Shown here piece after piece: positions 1-11,300 of a stretch of DNA of 64,000 nt. A model generated the notes under the pieces. The model was given only the letters and a program-made list of their open reading frames with translations, was not told where the DNA came from and did not search any database. Source of the DNA: Octopus bimaculoides (taxonomy: Eukaryota); contig NC_068986.1 in the NCBI RefSeq assembly GCF_001194135.2, forward strand, positions 10,818,252-10,882,251. The letters are read 5' to 3'. The first letter of the stretch is position 1, and the number at the start of each line of letters is the position of its first letter. The position numbers and the translations under genes were made by a program.

Positions 1-165
1 GGCAGAATTGTTAGCACATTCAGAGTTCAAATACCGCCATGGTCGACTTTACTTTTTATCTATTTGGGGTCGACGAAATAAGTACCATTTGAACACTGGT
101 GTCAATAAAATTGACTAGCCCCCTCCCCAAAAAATTTCAGGCCTTAAGCTTATAGAAGACAGGAT
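1..165 (+). mobile_element. tRNA-derived SINE family B (5'-clipped)
   Basis: GGCAGAATTGTTAGCAC..GAGTTCAAAT..GGTCGACTTT..GGGGTCGA..AAGTACCA; (ATT)n tail at 165-235. Confidence 0.8.
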
Positions 166-419
166 TATCGTTGTTATTATTATTACTATTATTATTATTA
201 TTATTATTATTACTATTATTATTATTATTAATAGCAGTAGTAGTAATATTATTATATGAAATCTCACAGCTTACTTTACTGGGTATGATGGAACGTGTCA
301 GCTGTCCGCAACCGGCAGACTAAGGTGACACTCGTTCACTGGTCATGCTTCAAGAACCCTGCAGCAAAGAATTCTTGCAGTCCCAAGCAATGGTATTATT
401 AGTATTATCAATATATATC

Positions 420-765
420 ATCATCATCATCGTCGTTTAACGTCCGCTTTCCATGCTGGCATGGGTTGGACGATTTGACTGAGGACTGGTGAAACCGGAT
501 GGCAACACCAGGCTCCAATCTGATTTGGCAGAGTTTCTACAGCTGGATGCCCTTCCTAACGCCAACCACTCAGAGAGTGTAGTGGGTGCTTTTACGTGTC
601 ACCCGCACGAAAACGGCCACACTCGAAATGGTGTCTTTTATGTGCCACCCGCACAAGCCAGTCCAGGGGCACTGGCAACGATCTCACTCAAAAATCCTAC
701 GGGAGCCAGTCAGGTGGTACTGGCAACGGCCATGCTCAAAATGGTGCATCTCATGTGCCACCCGC
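420..765 (-). mobile_element. RTE 3'UTR/tail fragment
   Basis: (CAT)n, TTTAACGTCCGCTTTCCATGCTGGCATGGGTTGG, GGATGCCCTTCCTAACG, then array units running into the gap. Confidence 0.8.
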
Positions 766-3082
766 NNNNNNNNNNNNNNNNNNNNNNNNNNNNNNNNNNN
801 NNNNNNNNNNNNNNNNNNNNNNNNNNNNNNNNNNNNNNNNNNNNNNNNNNNNNNNNNNNNNNNNNNNNNNNNNNNNNNNNNNNNNNNNNNNNNNNNNNNN
901 NNNNNNNNNNNNNNNNNNNNNNNNNNNNNNNNNNNNNNNNNNNNNNNNNNNNNNNNNNNNNNNNNNNNNNNNNNNNNNNNNNNNNNNNNNNNNNNNNNNN
1001 NNNNNNNNNNNNNNNNNNNNNNNNNNNNNNNNNNNNNNNNNNNNNNNNNNNNNNNNNNNNNNNNNNNNNNNNNNNNNNNNNNNNNNNNNNNNNNNNNNNN
1101 NNNNNNNNNNNNNNNNNNNNNNNNNNNNNNNNNNNNNNNNNNNNNNNNNNNNNNNNNNNNNNNNNNNNNNNNNNNNNNNNNNNNNNNNNNNNNNNNNNNN
1201 NTTTTTTCTTCTTTTTTTTTTTAATTTTCTAATTTTCACTCGAATACTTCCAAATCTTCAGTTGGTTGTATGAGAACCAACCATTATTCTGATGTAATCA
1301 TTGAAACAATAACAAGTTGCACTAACAGCTGGAGAAGCATTTCCAAGAGGCAAATAACCATCGTAGACATGAATAAAAGGTCAACTATTTGCTTGACAGC
1401 CGGCATTTAATGTCAATCAATATGAAGAGATCTCACCTGATAGCTGTCTACAATCTGATGAATGTTTAATGTTCAGCCACTGTTAAAACGCTTCCCTTTC
1501 TCTATTCCACCAGACTGCGAATCAAAATACTTATTCCAATACTGCTGCTGCTGCTAACACATCATAAAGAGCTGCTTAGCTTTCGTTACGGAATACTTGT
1601 TTGGGGCAGACATTCCCAGAACATTAAAATACTTCAACCATTTCAGCACAGCATTCTGATACCCATCAATATTGCTTCCGCCACCCCCACCCACCCACTT
1701 CTTTTCCTGCTAAATCAGAAATTCACTCTGATCTGCTAGAGTGCAAAAATGGTAAAAATCTATAGGTTACTGGACAACTAGCTGAGAGATCAGCTATTTA
1801 TATACAGTGACCAGCACTGTACTGTTTCTAAGGCCAAGATCATTACTCTCGGCTGGCTCAATACTGTTTTTTGTTTTAGTCATTGGACTGCGGCCATGCT
1901 GGGGCAATGCTCTGAAGAACTTTAGTTGAACAAACTAACCCTAGGACTTATTTTTTTGTAAAGCTTTTTGCCAAACTGCTAAGTTACAGGAATGTAAACA
2001 CACCAACACTGGTTGTTAAGCAGAAGTAGTAAGGGACAAACATAGACACAAAGACACACACAAACGTGTATGTGTGCATGTGCACGCATATATATATAAT
2101 GGGCTTCTTTCAGTTTCCCTCTACCAAATCCACTCACAAGGCTTTGGTCAGTCTAAGGCTACTGTAGAAGACACTTGCCCGAGGTGCTATGCAGTGGGAC
2201 TGAACCCAGAACCATGAGGCTGGGAAGCAAACTTCTTCCCACACAGCCAAACATATATCTATAGCTACTAAAAATAGGCACCATGAGGTGGTAACAACCA
2301 TAAGCAAGAGAAGAAGAGTAAAATTGACAAATTTGTTACGGATTTGCCATGTCTTAATTTCATACAAAAAGAAAAAATATCTGAAATAGTTTTAATTTTA
2401 TTTAGAAGTTGTATTTCCCCACAGCATAATAAAGTGGAAACTAGAAATGAGCAGCAGCCAGTGTAGCATGGAAGTCTATAAATGACCATCCTTTTAGAAA
2501 TCATACATTACTCTACTTGCAACAGAGGATGTGTGAAAGAGTTTATCATATTCCCCCACCCCCATCCCATTACAGAAATTTAATTAAATAATTTGTTTTC
2601 GTATTCAGTTTCCAAGATTCTTGGCATGAAGTCCTGTACTGAAACAGATTTTATTCTATCTCGGGAGGGTCATTGTGCCAACACACACATTGCTTCTATT
2701 TCACTTCTTTGTTACTTATTTGTCGCTTAACATTTAACCCAATTAACTAATTATTTGATTACTCATTCAGTTCAGCTATCAATCAGTCAGGTTTTCCAAA
2801 GTCCTTTCGACTCACTTCCAAACCGCATCAATGCCGTATCTTCTTGGCACATGGATGACATATTTTGTGTTCATTTCTGATACAATAATGGCTTCAGACA
2901 AAGCATCAATGCAAGGGATCCTGTTTATAATGACTTCTTTACAATAGAAATAAAGATCTTTAGTAATGGAGAAGCTACTAGTAATTAATAAGACTCAGGT
3001 ATAATTAATGGCATATTGTTTAGCAATCCAAAACATAGGAAAGACAATTTCAAATTCCTTGGAAGCAGTTAAAATAAATTAA

Positions 3083-3301
3083 CCCTTTAGCATTCAAATT
3101 ACTGCGTCAAATGTAAAGCATATTTATTCATATTGTTTTGAATTAATCATGCATTATTTTATTATTTTGTAGCAAAGAGATTTCAATGATGTGATTATTT
3201 ATTTTAGAATGACATTGTAGGGCAGGTGTGAGAGGTTGGATCTGGCTTGTTTGAAAATAAAACTGGTGGAACATTTGGGCCAGATATGGCTGACCAAAGG
3301 G
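3083..3301 (+). mobile_element. TTAA-flanked MITE (piggyBac-like), family P1
   Basis: TTAA|CCCTTTAGCATT ... AAAGGG|TTAA. Confidence 0.75.
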
Positions 3302-3480
3302 TTAAGGACAGTGAAACATCAAACAACACAGTATCTAGATAAAGGGTCAGAGAAGCTTCTTACAAAACAATTTTTAATGTTTGTTGACCCCTTGAATAGC
3401 CACATAGCCCCTATTCCCAGTGGGTCAATACTGATCACTTGCTCGCCTCTGATATCTGAAGAGATGATGTTTCATACAAA

Positions 3481-3518
<38 letters not shown>

Positions 3519-5069
3519 GTTAGTTGCAATATTGATGGTCCTTTTTTTCAGCAAGAAGAATCGATATGATGACAGAAGAACCTGGGTCAAAATCCTGTTA
3601 ATACATATATAATAATGAGGATAAAGCTATTGATTGGTTGACTGATTGATTGAAGATGATGATAATGGTGGTGGTAGTGGTGGTGATGATATCAAACTGT
3701 GTATCATAGATTGAAAGAAGAAAAAAATGCAAAAGAAACGAACAATATTCCAAAGAACTGTACTAATGCCAATATTATTCAACATAGTGCAGGCATGGTT
3801 TGTGTGGTTCAGAGGCTTGCTTCCCAACCTCATGGTTCTGGGTTCAGTCTCATTGCATGGCACCTTGGGCAAGTGTCTTCAGCTATAGCCTTGGGCTAAC
3901 CAAAGCTTTATGAGTGGATTTGGGAGACAAACTGAAATAAGCCCATTATAGTGTGTGTGTGTGTGTGTGTGTGTGTCTGTGTAGCTGTGTGTGCTCGCAT
4001 GCGTGCATGTGTGTGTGTGTGTGTGAGACTGTGAATACATGTGTGTATGTGAGTATGTATATCCTTATCTGTACATCATAAGAGGGTTGTAAATAAACAT
4101 CACCATCACATTAGCAATGTTATTCGTTTCCAGTGTTCTCTGAAAATATGCCCAGCCATGGCAAAATCGTTCCTTGTTTGGAAGCAGGTGAGGGTTGGTG
4201 AGAGGGAGGGTATCTACCTGTAGAAAATTTGTCTCAACAAATTCTATCTGACCCACAAAAGTGGAAATAAAAACAACGATGATGACAATGATGACATGTC
4301 TGTATAATTTTGATAAAATATAGAAAAAGAATAATGATTGCTCTTCTCAGAGAGAATATTAGGAGAGATGAGAGAAGGTATGGTACTGAAAGTTCTTTTA
4401 AGAAAACTGAAATGAAATGAAATTGTTCCAATCAGTCACCAAAAACTGATTGGCAATGTCTGTTGAGAAATAAACCCTGTACTGCAAGTTGCAGAAAAAA
4501 GAAAATATAGAAAAATGACCAAAAATAAAATATTAAAAATAAAAAAATGAAAGGCAATAAATCTATTGTTTGCCATCTTTAGAATGTAAGAAACTAATTC
4601 AGCATTAAGCAAATGTTACCAAAATGGTAACATACTGAAGAATGGAGGAATGTATCATGTCAAAAGTGTGAAGTCTCAGATGTGAAATCAAATGTTTATG
4701 AGATTATCCAGGATAAACTGCAAGAAAGAAATAGGTTTGGTTTGGTCACTGATGTAATGAGTTAACTGAACCATCCAAGAAAGTGAAGATGAAGTATCTT
4801 GAGGTGCTTAAAGCCCACCCAGCTACAATTTCAGGTTTTAAGTTTATTATACCATCAGAATAGTTATCATCTCATGAGAGATTATTAAAAGAGAAAAAAA
4901 ATCATTGGTAGGGTGCTGTAGAAAAATAAAGATTCCATTTTTAATTTCCATCAAGGTGTCAGGTTATAAACAAATTGCAAAATATAAATTCATAAAGATT
5001 TAATAAAATTTGAACTGAAAACAAACTATATATCATTATCTACTCCTGATACAAGGTTAATATTGAGAT

Positions 5070-5334
5070 CAGTGGTACTCAACCATTTTTTTACTTATGG
5101 ACCCTTTTTGATTCTCTATTTACTCAGATGGAACCCCACTCCTATCCCAAAGCTATTGGATGTTTAAAAAAAGAATCTATTATACATTTATGATTAAATA
5201 TTAAAAGGAATTGTGTATAAAATTGCTAAAATTGAGAAGTAAAACCAATTTACTGCTCGTAAATTTTAACAGCAAAATCTTATCTGTCCCTGCCCCACCC
5301 CAAGGGCCATGTGGAACCTGGTTGAGAGCCACTG
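5070..5334. mobile_element. hAT (Charlie-like) MITE
   Basis: TIRs CAGTGGTACTCAACC / GGTTGAGAGCCACTG; 8-bp flanks ATTGAGAT / ATTTAGAT. Confidence 0.78.
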
Positions 5335-5906
5335 ATTTAGATGAAGTAATACATCTAACCCCAATACAATATTATCATTGCTCCACCACTGTTATGAATT
5401 TGTTAAGATGGAAATTAAATGCCAGCAGCCACCACAGGAATCAAACTTAAAATCCAGCAAATCCAACTAAAACACCTTCGCTGTAACTCAAGCCAGCATC
5501 TGAAGATTAGGGCAAGCCCAAAGAAGTTGGACAGGAAATGCTTATGATATCAAACATGGCATGGCACATCCGGTTCCTATGCACCTGAGTTGATTGCCCC
5601 CTCAACTTGCTGTATTCGATAGCATAAAAGATGCACCACAATTCCAGCAGCTCATATTCAATAAAAAGTTTTAGTGCTCAGGAGCATCTAATATAGACCC
5701 AAATTCCACATATAGGACCCAGGGTGACTTTTTTTTTGAGATTTTTTTTTGGCAAACAAGTGCAATATATATACATAAAATATGATACACTGACTTATTC
5801 TAACTATAAACTTGACTGAGATGAGTAAAATGATAGAATGTAGAACATTTCAATAATAGAAATAATATATTTCTAAATCTCTCAGAGATTTATGCAGTAG
5901 CAGCAC

Positions 5907-6234
5907 AATAAAGTGATAGTATGTTGTCAACTTAATGTGACAGTCCCATAAAAGGGAAGAATGCTACTGTTATTTAGCCCTAGGAAACACTGCTTCCTGT
6001 TGAACTCGACACATTTCCTGTGCTACTCCAGACTGGTGATGATCAATGACTCTGAAACTAGTCTCTGGATGCTGGCATTGCTAGGTGGAGGTGTTTGTCT
6101 CCCCTTTGAAAACATAAGGGCACAGGAAATGTGTCAAGTCCAACAGGAAACGGTGTTTCCTAGGGCTAAATAACAGTAGCATTCTTCCCTTTTATGGGAG
6201 TCACATGAAGTTGACAACATACTATCACTTTATT
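5907..6234. mobile_element. Foldback (MITE-like) element with ~116-nt inverted arms and a 96-nt spacer
   Basis: 5907-6023 pairs almost perfectly with 6120-6234 (AATAAAGTGATAGTATGTTGTCAAC ... GTTGACAACATACTATCACTTTATT). Confidence 0.88.
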
Positions 6235-6333
6235 TCAATAATAGTCAAGAGACAATCATCATTTCTTTGTAGTCATAGGTATGGTTTCCATGACAAAGAT
6301 ACACAACACTGAACACAGTGGAATGGTATTTAA

Positions 6334-6547
6334 CCCTTTAACATTCAGATGTCAAGTATAATGCGTATTTATTCACATTGCTTGGAATTTATCCTGCATC
6401 ATCTTACAGCTTTCAGATTCCGTTGATGTGATTGTTTATTTTTAAAAATAACATTACAGAGTAGGTAGGAGAGGCTAATTTGGTCAATTTGAACATAAAT
6501 CAGGTCAAATATTTGGGCCTGATATGACCAGCTTGAATGCTAAAGGG
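6334..6547 (+). mobile_element. TTAA-flanked MITE, family P1
   Basis: TTAA|CCCTTTAACATTC ... GAATGCTAAAGGG|TTAA; body similar to 3083-3301. Confidence 0.8.
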
Positions 6548-6796
6548 TTAATTCAGTGACTCGCTACCTGTTAAGTAGTGACAGTACTATAAAAGGGACA
6601 AGTGTTTTAGTTAGGTCATATGGATCATATGAGAAGTATGACAACATCAATTACCTACTATTAGTTCAATCACCATCACTCCAATACCATGAAGACTAAC
6701 ACATTGCAATCATCAAATACATTATCAATATACTATGATAATAATAGAATATAGAAATCCTATTAAGACCATGTATTTATTTTGTGTTTGACTCAC

Positions 6797-6893
6797 CACA
6801 AAGGCTTCCTTCCATAATACACTCCATTCCCTGAGTACATAGGAGACCTCCAAAGATGTCTGGTCCTCAATAGGGGTGATAGATTCATACGGA
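6797..6893 (-). CDS. DOCK3/4: DOCK3/4-like exon 5 (97 nt)
   Basis: tcttctttcag|T CCG TAT GAA TCT ... GCC TTT GTG|gtgagt; encodes PYESITPIEDQTSLEVSYVLREWSVLWKEAFV. Confidence 0.93.
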
Positions 6894-8295
6894 CTGAAAG
6901 AAGAAAGAAGGCAAAGGAATGCTTCAATAGTTTTAATCAAACCAGATCTATGATGATGATGATGATGATCATCATCATCATCATCATCATTTAACATCCA
7001 TTTTCCATGCTGGCATGGGTTGAAGAGTTTCAAAAGAGCTGGTATGGCCAGGGGCAACACCAGGTCCATTGTCTGTTTTGGTATGGTTTCTACAGCAGGA
7101 TGCCCTTCCTAACACCAATCACTTTACAGAGGTGTACTGGGTGTTTTTACATGGAACCAACATCAGTGTTTTTACATGGCACCAGTATCAGTGCTTTTTA
7201 CATGGCATGCCCCAACAGATGCCACCTATAACTTGTGTCTTATCATTTTCAAATAAAGGACCAGTAAAAACCAATTCCAGTCTGATGTCAATTCAAAACT
7301 ATGATAAATATATTTAATTAATAATGATTTCTCTCAATAGTTCAATGCCACAAATGTGTGTGGGGGGTGCAAAGGAGAAATAAAATTAAATATGACACAA
7401 AGCTGTATTTGAACTCCAAACATCAAAGATTGAAAGTCCCAGCCTCTACCATTTCTATTATTCCACTGTCTGAACTGCTGAACTGCTAAATTACAGGGAC
7501 GTAAACACACCAACATCGGTTGTCAAGCAATGGAAGGGGAGACAAACACAGACACACACACACACACACATATACAATAGGCTTCTTTCAGTTTCCGTCT
7601 ACCAAATCCACTCAGAAGGCTTTGGTCAGTCTGAAGCTATAGTAGAAGACACTTGCCCAAGGTGCCACACAGTAGGACTGAACCTGAAACCATGTGATTG
7701 GGAAGCAAGCTTCTTACCACACAGCCATGCCTGTTGGCGAGCAAGCCAACATTCCCTCTATTCCATCATAGGGTGTACCTACTTACAGCTGAGCAGACTG
7801 GAGTGAAGTGAAATGAAGTGTTTTTGCTCAAGAATACAACATGCAACCTGGTTCAGAAATCACACCCATGATCTTTCGATCACAAGTCCAACACCCTAAC
7901 CACTAGACCACGAGCATTCTCAATTAATATATAATGGAAAAAATATGGTTAACGAGACAAAATAAAATGAAATCTCACTACTTACCCTTCATTATCCACT
8001 TTACATTGCTTTGTGCATATAAATGCAGCAGGGAAGATGCCCTACAAATAAAAAAGATAAATATATCACCTGCAATACAGTTCTATATTTAAAACATGTA
8101 CAATCTAAAACATGTACAATTGGGTTCTATATTTAAGAGATGAGAAATTATGTACATTAGACGGATATTTGTCCTCATCTTGTTTGTTGTTAACACAACG
8201 TTTTGGCTGAAATACCATCCAGCCTTCATCAGGTGTCTTGGGAAAATTTCGAACCTAGGTTCTCATTCCTAAGGTATTTTTCGATGTTGTTGTTG

Positions 8296-8334
<39 letters not shown>

Positions 8335-11300
8335 TCACTGCCTGGAATCGAACTCAGAATCTTGGGGTTAGTAGCCTGTGCTCTTAACCACTACGCCATC
8401 GAAAAATACCTTAGGAATGAGAACCTACATTCGAAATTTCCTCAAGACACCTGATGAAGGCTGGAGCGTATATCAGCAGAAACGTTGTGTTAACAACAAA
8501 CAAGATGAGGACAAATATCCGTCTAATATAAATAATATCACCTACAAGTTCACAAAACTTTACAAAACACACACACACACACACACAAATGCTTGTTTTT
8601 ATGTCACATTACAATTAAAACACCAACATTAAATGTGAAGAGATTACTCAATATTTCTTTTGTAGAATTCATTATTATACTTTTGCAACAAATTTTTGAC
8701 CTGCTTCCTCTTTGGACTAACTAACTGTCCAACAAAAGCTAGCAGGCCAGAACTTCTAAATCATTGAGACCCTGCTTCTTGTAAAAGCATATAACACATA
8801 AATAAATATAACATATACACCAATGTGCTGTTGAGCACTCATTCTTGTTGTTTGACATTTACGTACATGTAACATATACATATTTGGGAGCCAATCTGGT
8901 GCTCGTATCCACCTCAGAAATCTGCTGGAAGAAGTGTCTCCCATAAATGAAAAGCAGTAGAGTGTGAGGACAAGTTTGGTGGTGCTAAGATAGAGAGTAG
9001 AGTTGTGCTTGAGAAAATTTTGTGAAGCAAGAAAGGCTGTTATGAAGGAAGATGGTGTAGAGCAGAGGTTTTCAAACTTTTGGGGCCACCGCCCTCCCTC
9101 TCATGGCCACATAATACCCCCAGCGCTCCCAACCCTATTTTTATGTATAAATAAATATTTTATATTTTACTAATTTATATATATACTATGAATCATTTGA
9201 TATTTAATATATTATATAATTTATATACAATACTATAATAATGTTGTAATATATTCATAGCATCCCCAATCCACTGCCTTCCTCCCAACGCCTTTTTTTT
9301 CTACCGTCACCCCCTTAGATACCAGCACCCACCTGAACCCTCTCAATGCCCACCGGGGGTGGGGGCACTTTGAGAACCAATGGTGTAGAGGAACACAATA
9401 TCTAAGATGAATAAGGGTCAGAAAGGGTTAAGGGAAAGGAGAAGCTGAAGAGGCAGCAAGTATGGATGGTGCCAACATATGGGAGGGAGGAAGGAAGGAA
9501 GGAAAGGGAGCAATTGGGGAATAGAAGATGAGGTCAAGGTATCTTAGTACATTAACCTCAGTTAAGCAATTTCAGATTGAAAGAATGGGCTGGTCAAGGG
9601 TTGTCAGGTTTGTTTTGTGGGAGAAAGGAGTAAATGAACTGGTGGACAGTAAAGGACATGAATTTTTGATAGTAAGGTGTGAGGTTAGAAAGCAGGAAGT
9701 GATAAAAGGCAGGTTGTGAAACTGTCAAAGCACATTTACCATGCATTGACAGTTGGTATATCAAATGACTATGATTCCACCTTTGTTTGAAAATGAGGCC
9801 ATCTCAGCAGCAGAGAAACAGGGTGCAGAGAGATCAGTCTGGGTCATGTGAAGCTTTCATAAGGACTTCCTTGAGTTTACTTTGTAGTGACAAATATTGT
9901 CTAAGGTGATGAGCAACTATGGGTTCAGGTGCTTCAAGAAGTCCTAGTTATCAGATGTTTGATTGGTGGCATGAAATACTTTTTAGTACAGGACTAAAAC
10001 TTGACGTAGGAGTGCAAGAGGGCTATGAAGTGGGGACCCCTACCAAGGAAAGAACATTCAGCTTCAGAGAATAAAGATAGAGGGTAAACAAAGAGCAAAA
10101 TAGTCCATAGAATCTGATGGTAGTCTGGGAGAATTCCAAGATGTAAGATAGAATTCAGTGGTATGGTTTTAAGAGAGAGGGTAGAATTCAGTGTTGTGTA
10201 AGAGAAGAGAAAGGATTGACTGACTTAGTGACAATGAGAGGAAGAAGATATGGGTTCAAAATCAATGACAAGAAATAGTAACAATTATTGAGAGATTGAG
10301 AAAGTGTTTATTATGTTTTGAGCATAAGCTCTTCTTCAGAAAGTTACAAAGATAGAAGGAAAGGTATAGAGAAAGGAATGAAAACAAATGATACAGGCTT
10401 GTAATCAATGACAAGAATAGCATGAACACAAAGTGTAAACGAGGTGCAATTATCAGTTTACTACTCAATACACACACACACACACATATATGCACAAATA
10501 CACATACCTGTATATATGTATTGAAAACAAGTTAATAACTCAGGACACAAGGACGGACACACACACACACACAGAAAGAAATTACAGCATTTTCAAAGAA
10601 ATCTGAAGCTTTTACAAATACAACAACAGAAAAACAAAACAAAAAAAAAATGACGATTTGTATCTGATAGTAGTAAATACATACCACTTTATTTTTGACT
10701 TTGAGAGAGCAACCACGGTACCAAACTGCAGAAAAGAAAACAATGAAATATTTTAATGCTTCATCAGTTACAGAAATTCTTGTGACAAAGTTTATCACTG
10801 TTCGAAACAGAAAAATAGCAGAAAAAAGATTCAGTTAATTTTTCTAAATGCTACTAATCATTTAGCCTGATGTATTAACGATTCGGCCAGCTTGCTGCCT
10901 TAATAATGATAATAATAATCCTTTCTACTATCGACCTGAAATTTTAGGGGAGAGGTTAAGTCAATTACATAAGCCCCAATGCATAACTGGTACTTATTTC
11001 ATCAACCCCAAAAGGATGAAAGGTAAAGTCGACCTCGGCGGAATTTGAACTCATAACATAAAGAAGGACGGGATGCTGCTAAGCGTTTTGCCAGACGCGC
11101 TCGCAATTCTGCCAGCTCACCGCCTTAATAATAATAATAATTATAATAATAATTATTATTATTATTATTATTACTTTCTATTATAGGTAGGTCTGAAATG
11201 TTGAAGCAGAATATTAGTTGNNNNNNNNNNNNNNNNNNNNNNNNNNNNNNNNNNNNNNNNNNNNNNNNNNNNNNNNNNNNNNNNNNNNNNNNNNNNNNNN

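Larger units (their letters stand above)
8156..8527. mobile_element. Foldback composite: two inverted 131-nt arms enclosing a tRNA-derived head and an (AAT)n(AAC)n tract
   Basis: 8156-8286 is the reverse complement of 8397-8527 (9 mismatches by hand count). The minus-strand spacer has an A box TGGCGTAGTGG (8398-8388) and a B box GAGTTCGATTCC (8355-8344). Confidence 0.85.

Noticed and set aside
4500-4970. Possible very old LINE RT remnants (also 56700-57240, 44150-44330, 46600-46820)
   Set aside because: Only 3-5 residue motif hints (KYL, SDH, W..IW) were seen; these cannot be assigned without an HMM search.
1-6796. DOCK exon 6 (expected ~149 nt, LRRQ...DWGN)
   Set aside because: No matching minus-strand sequence was seen; it probably lies beyond the window edge or in the 766-1201 gap.
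8042-8071. Alternative upstream acceptor for exon 4 (ttgcag at 8070)
   Set aside because: It would add 28 nt and shift the frame; the downstream AG reproduces the conserved 56-nt exon.
8330-8398. A genuine tRNA gene
   Set aside because: A and B boxes are present, but there is no complete cloverleaf or acceptor stem and it runs into an (AAT)n tract; treated as a SINE head. The same applies to the family A, B and E heads.
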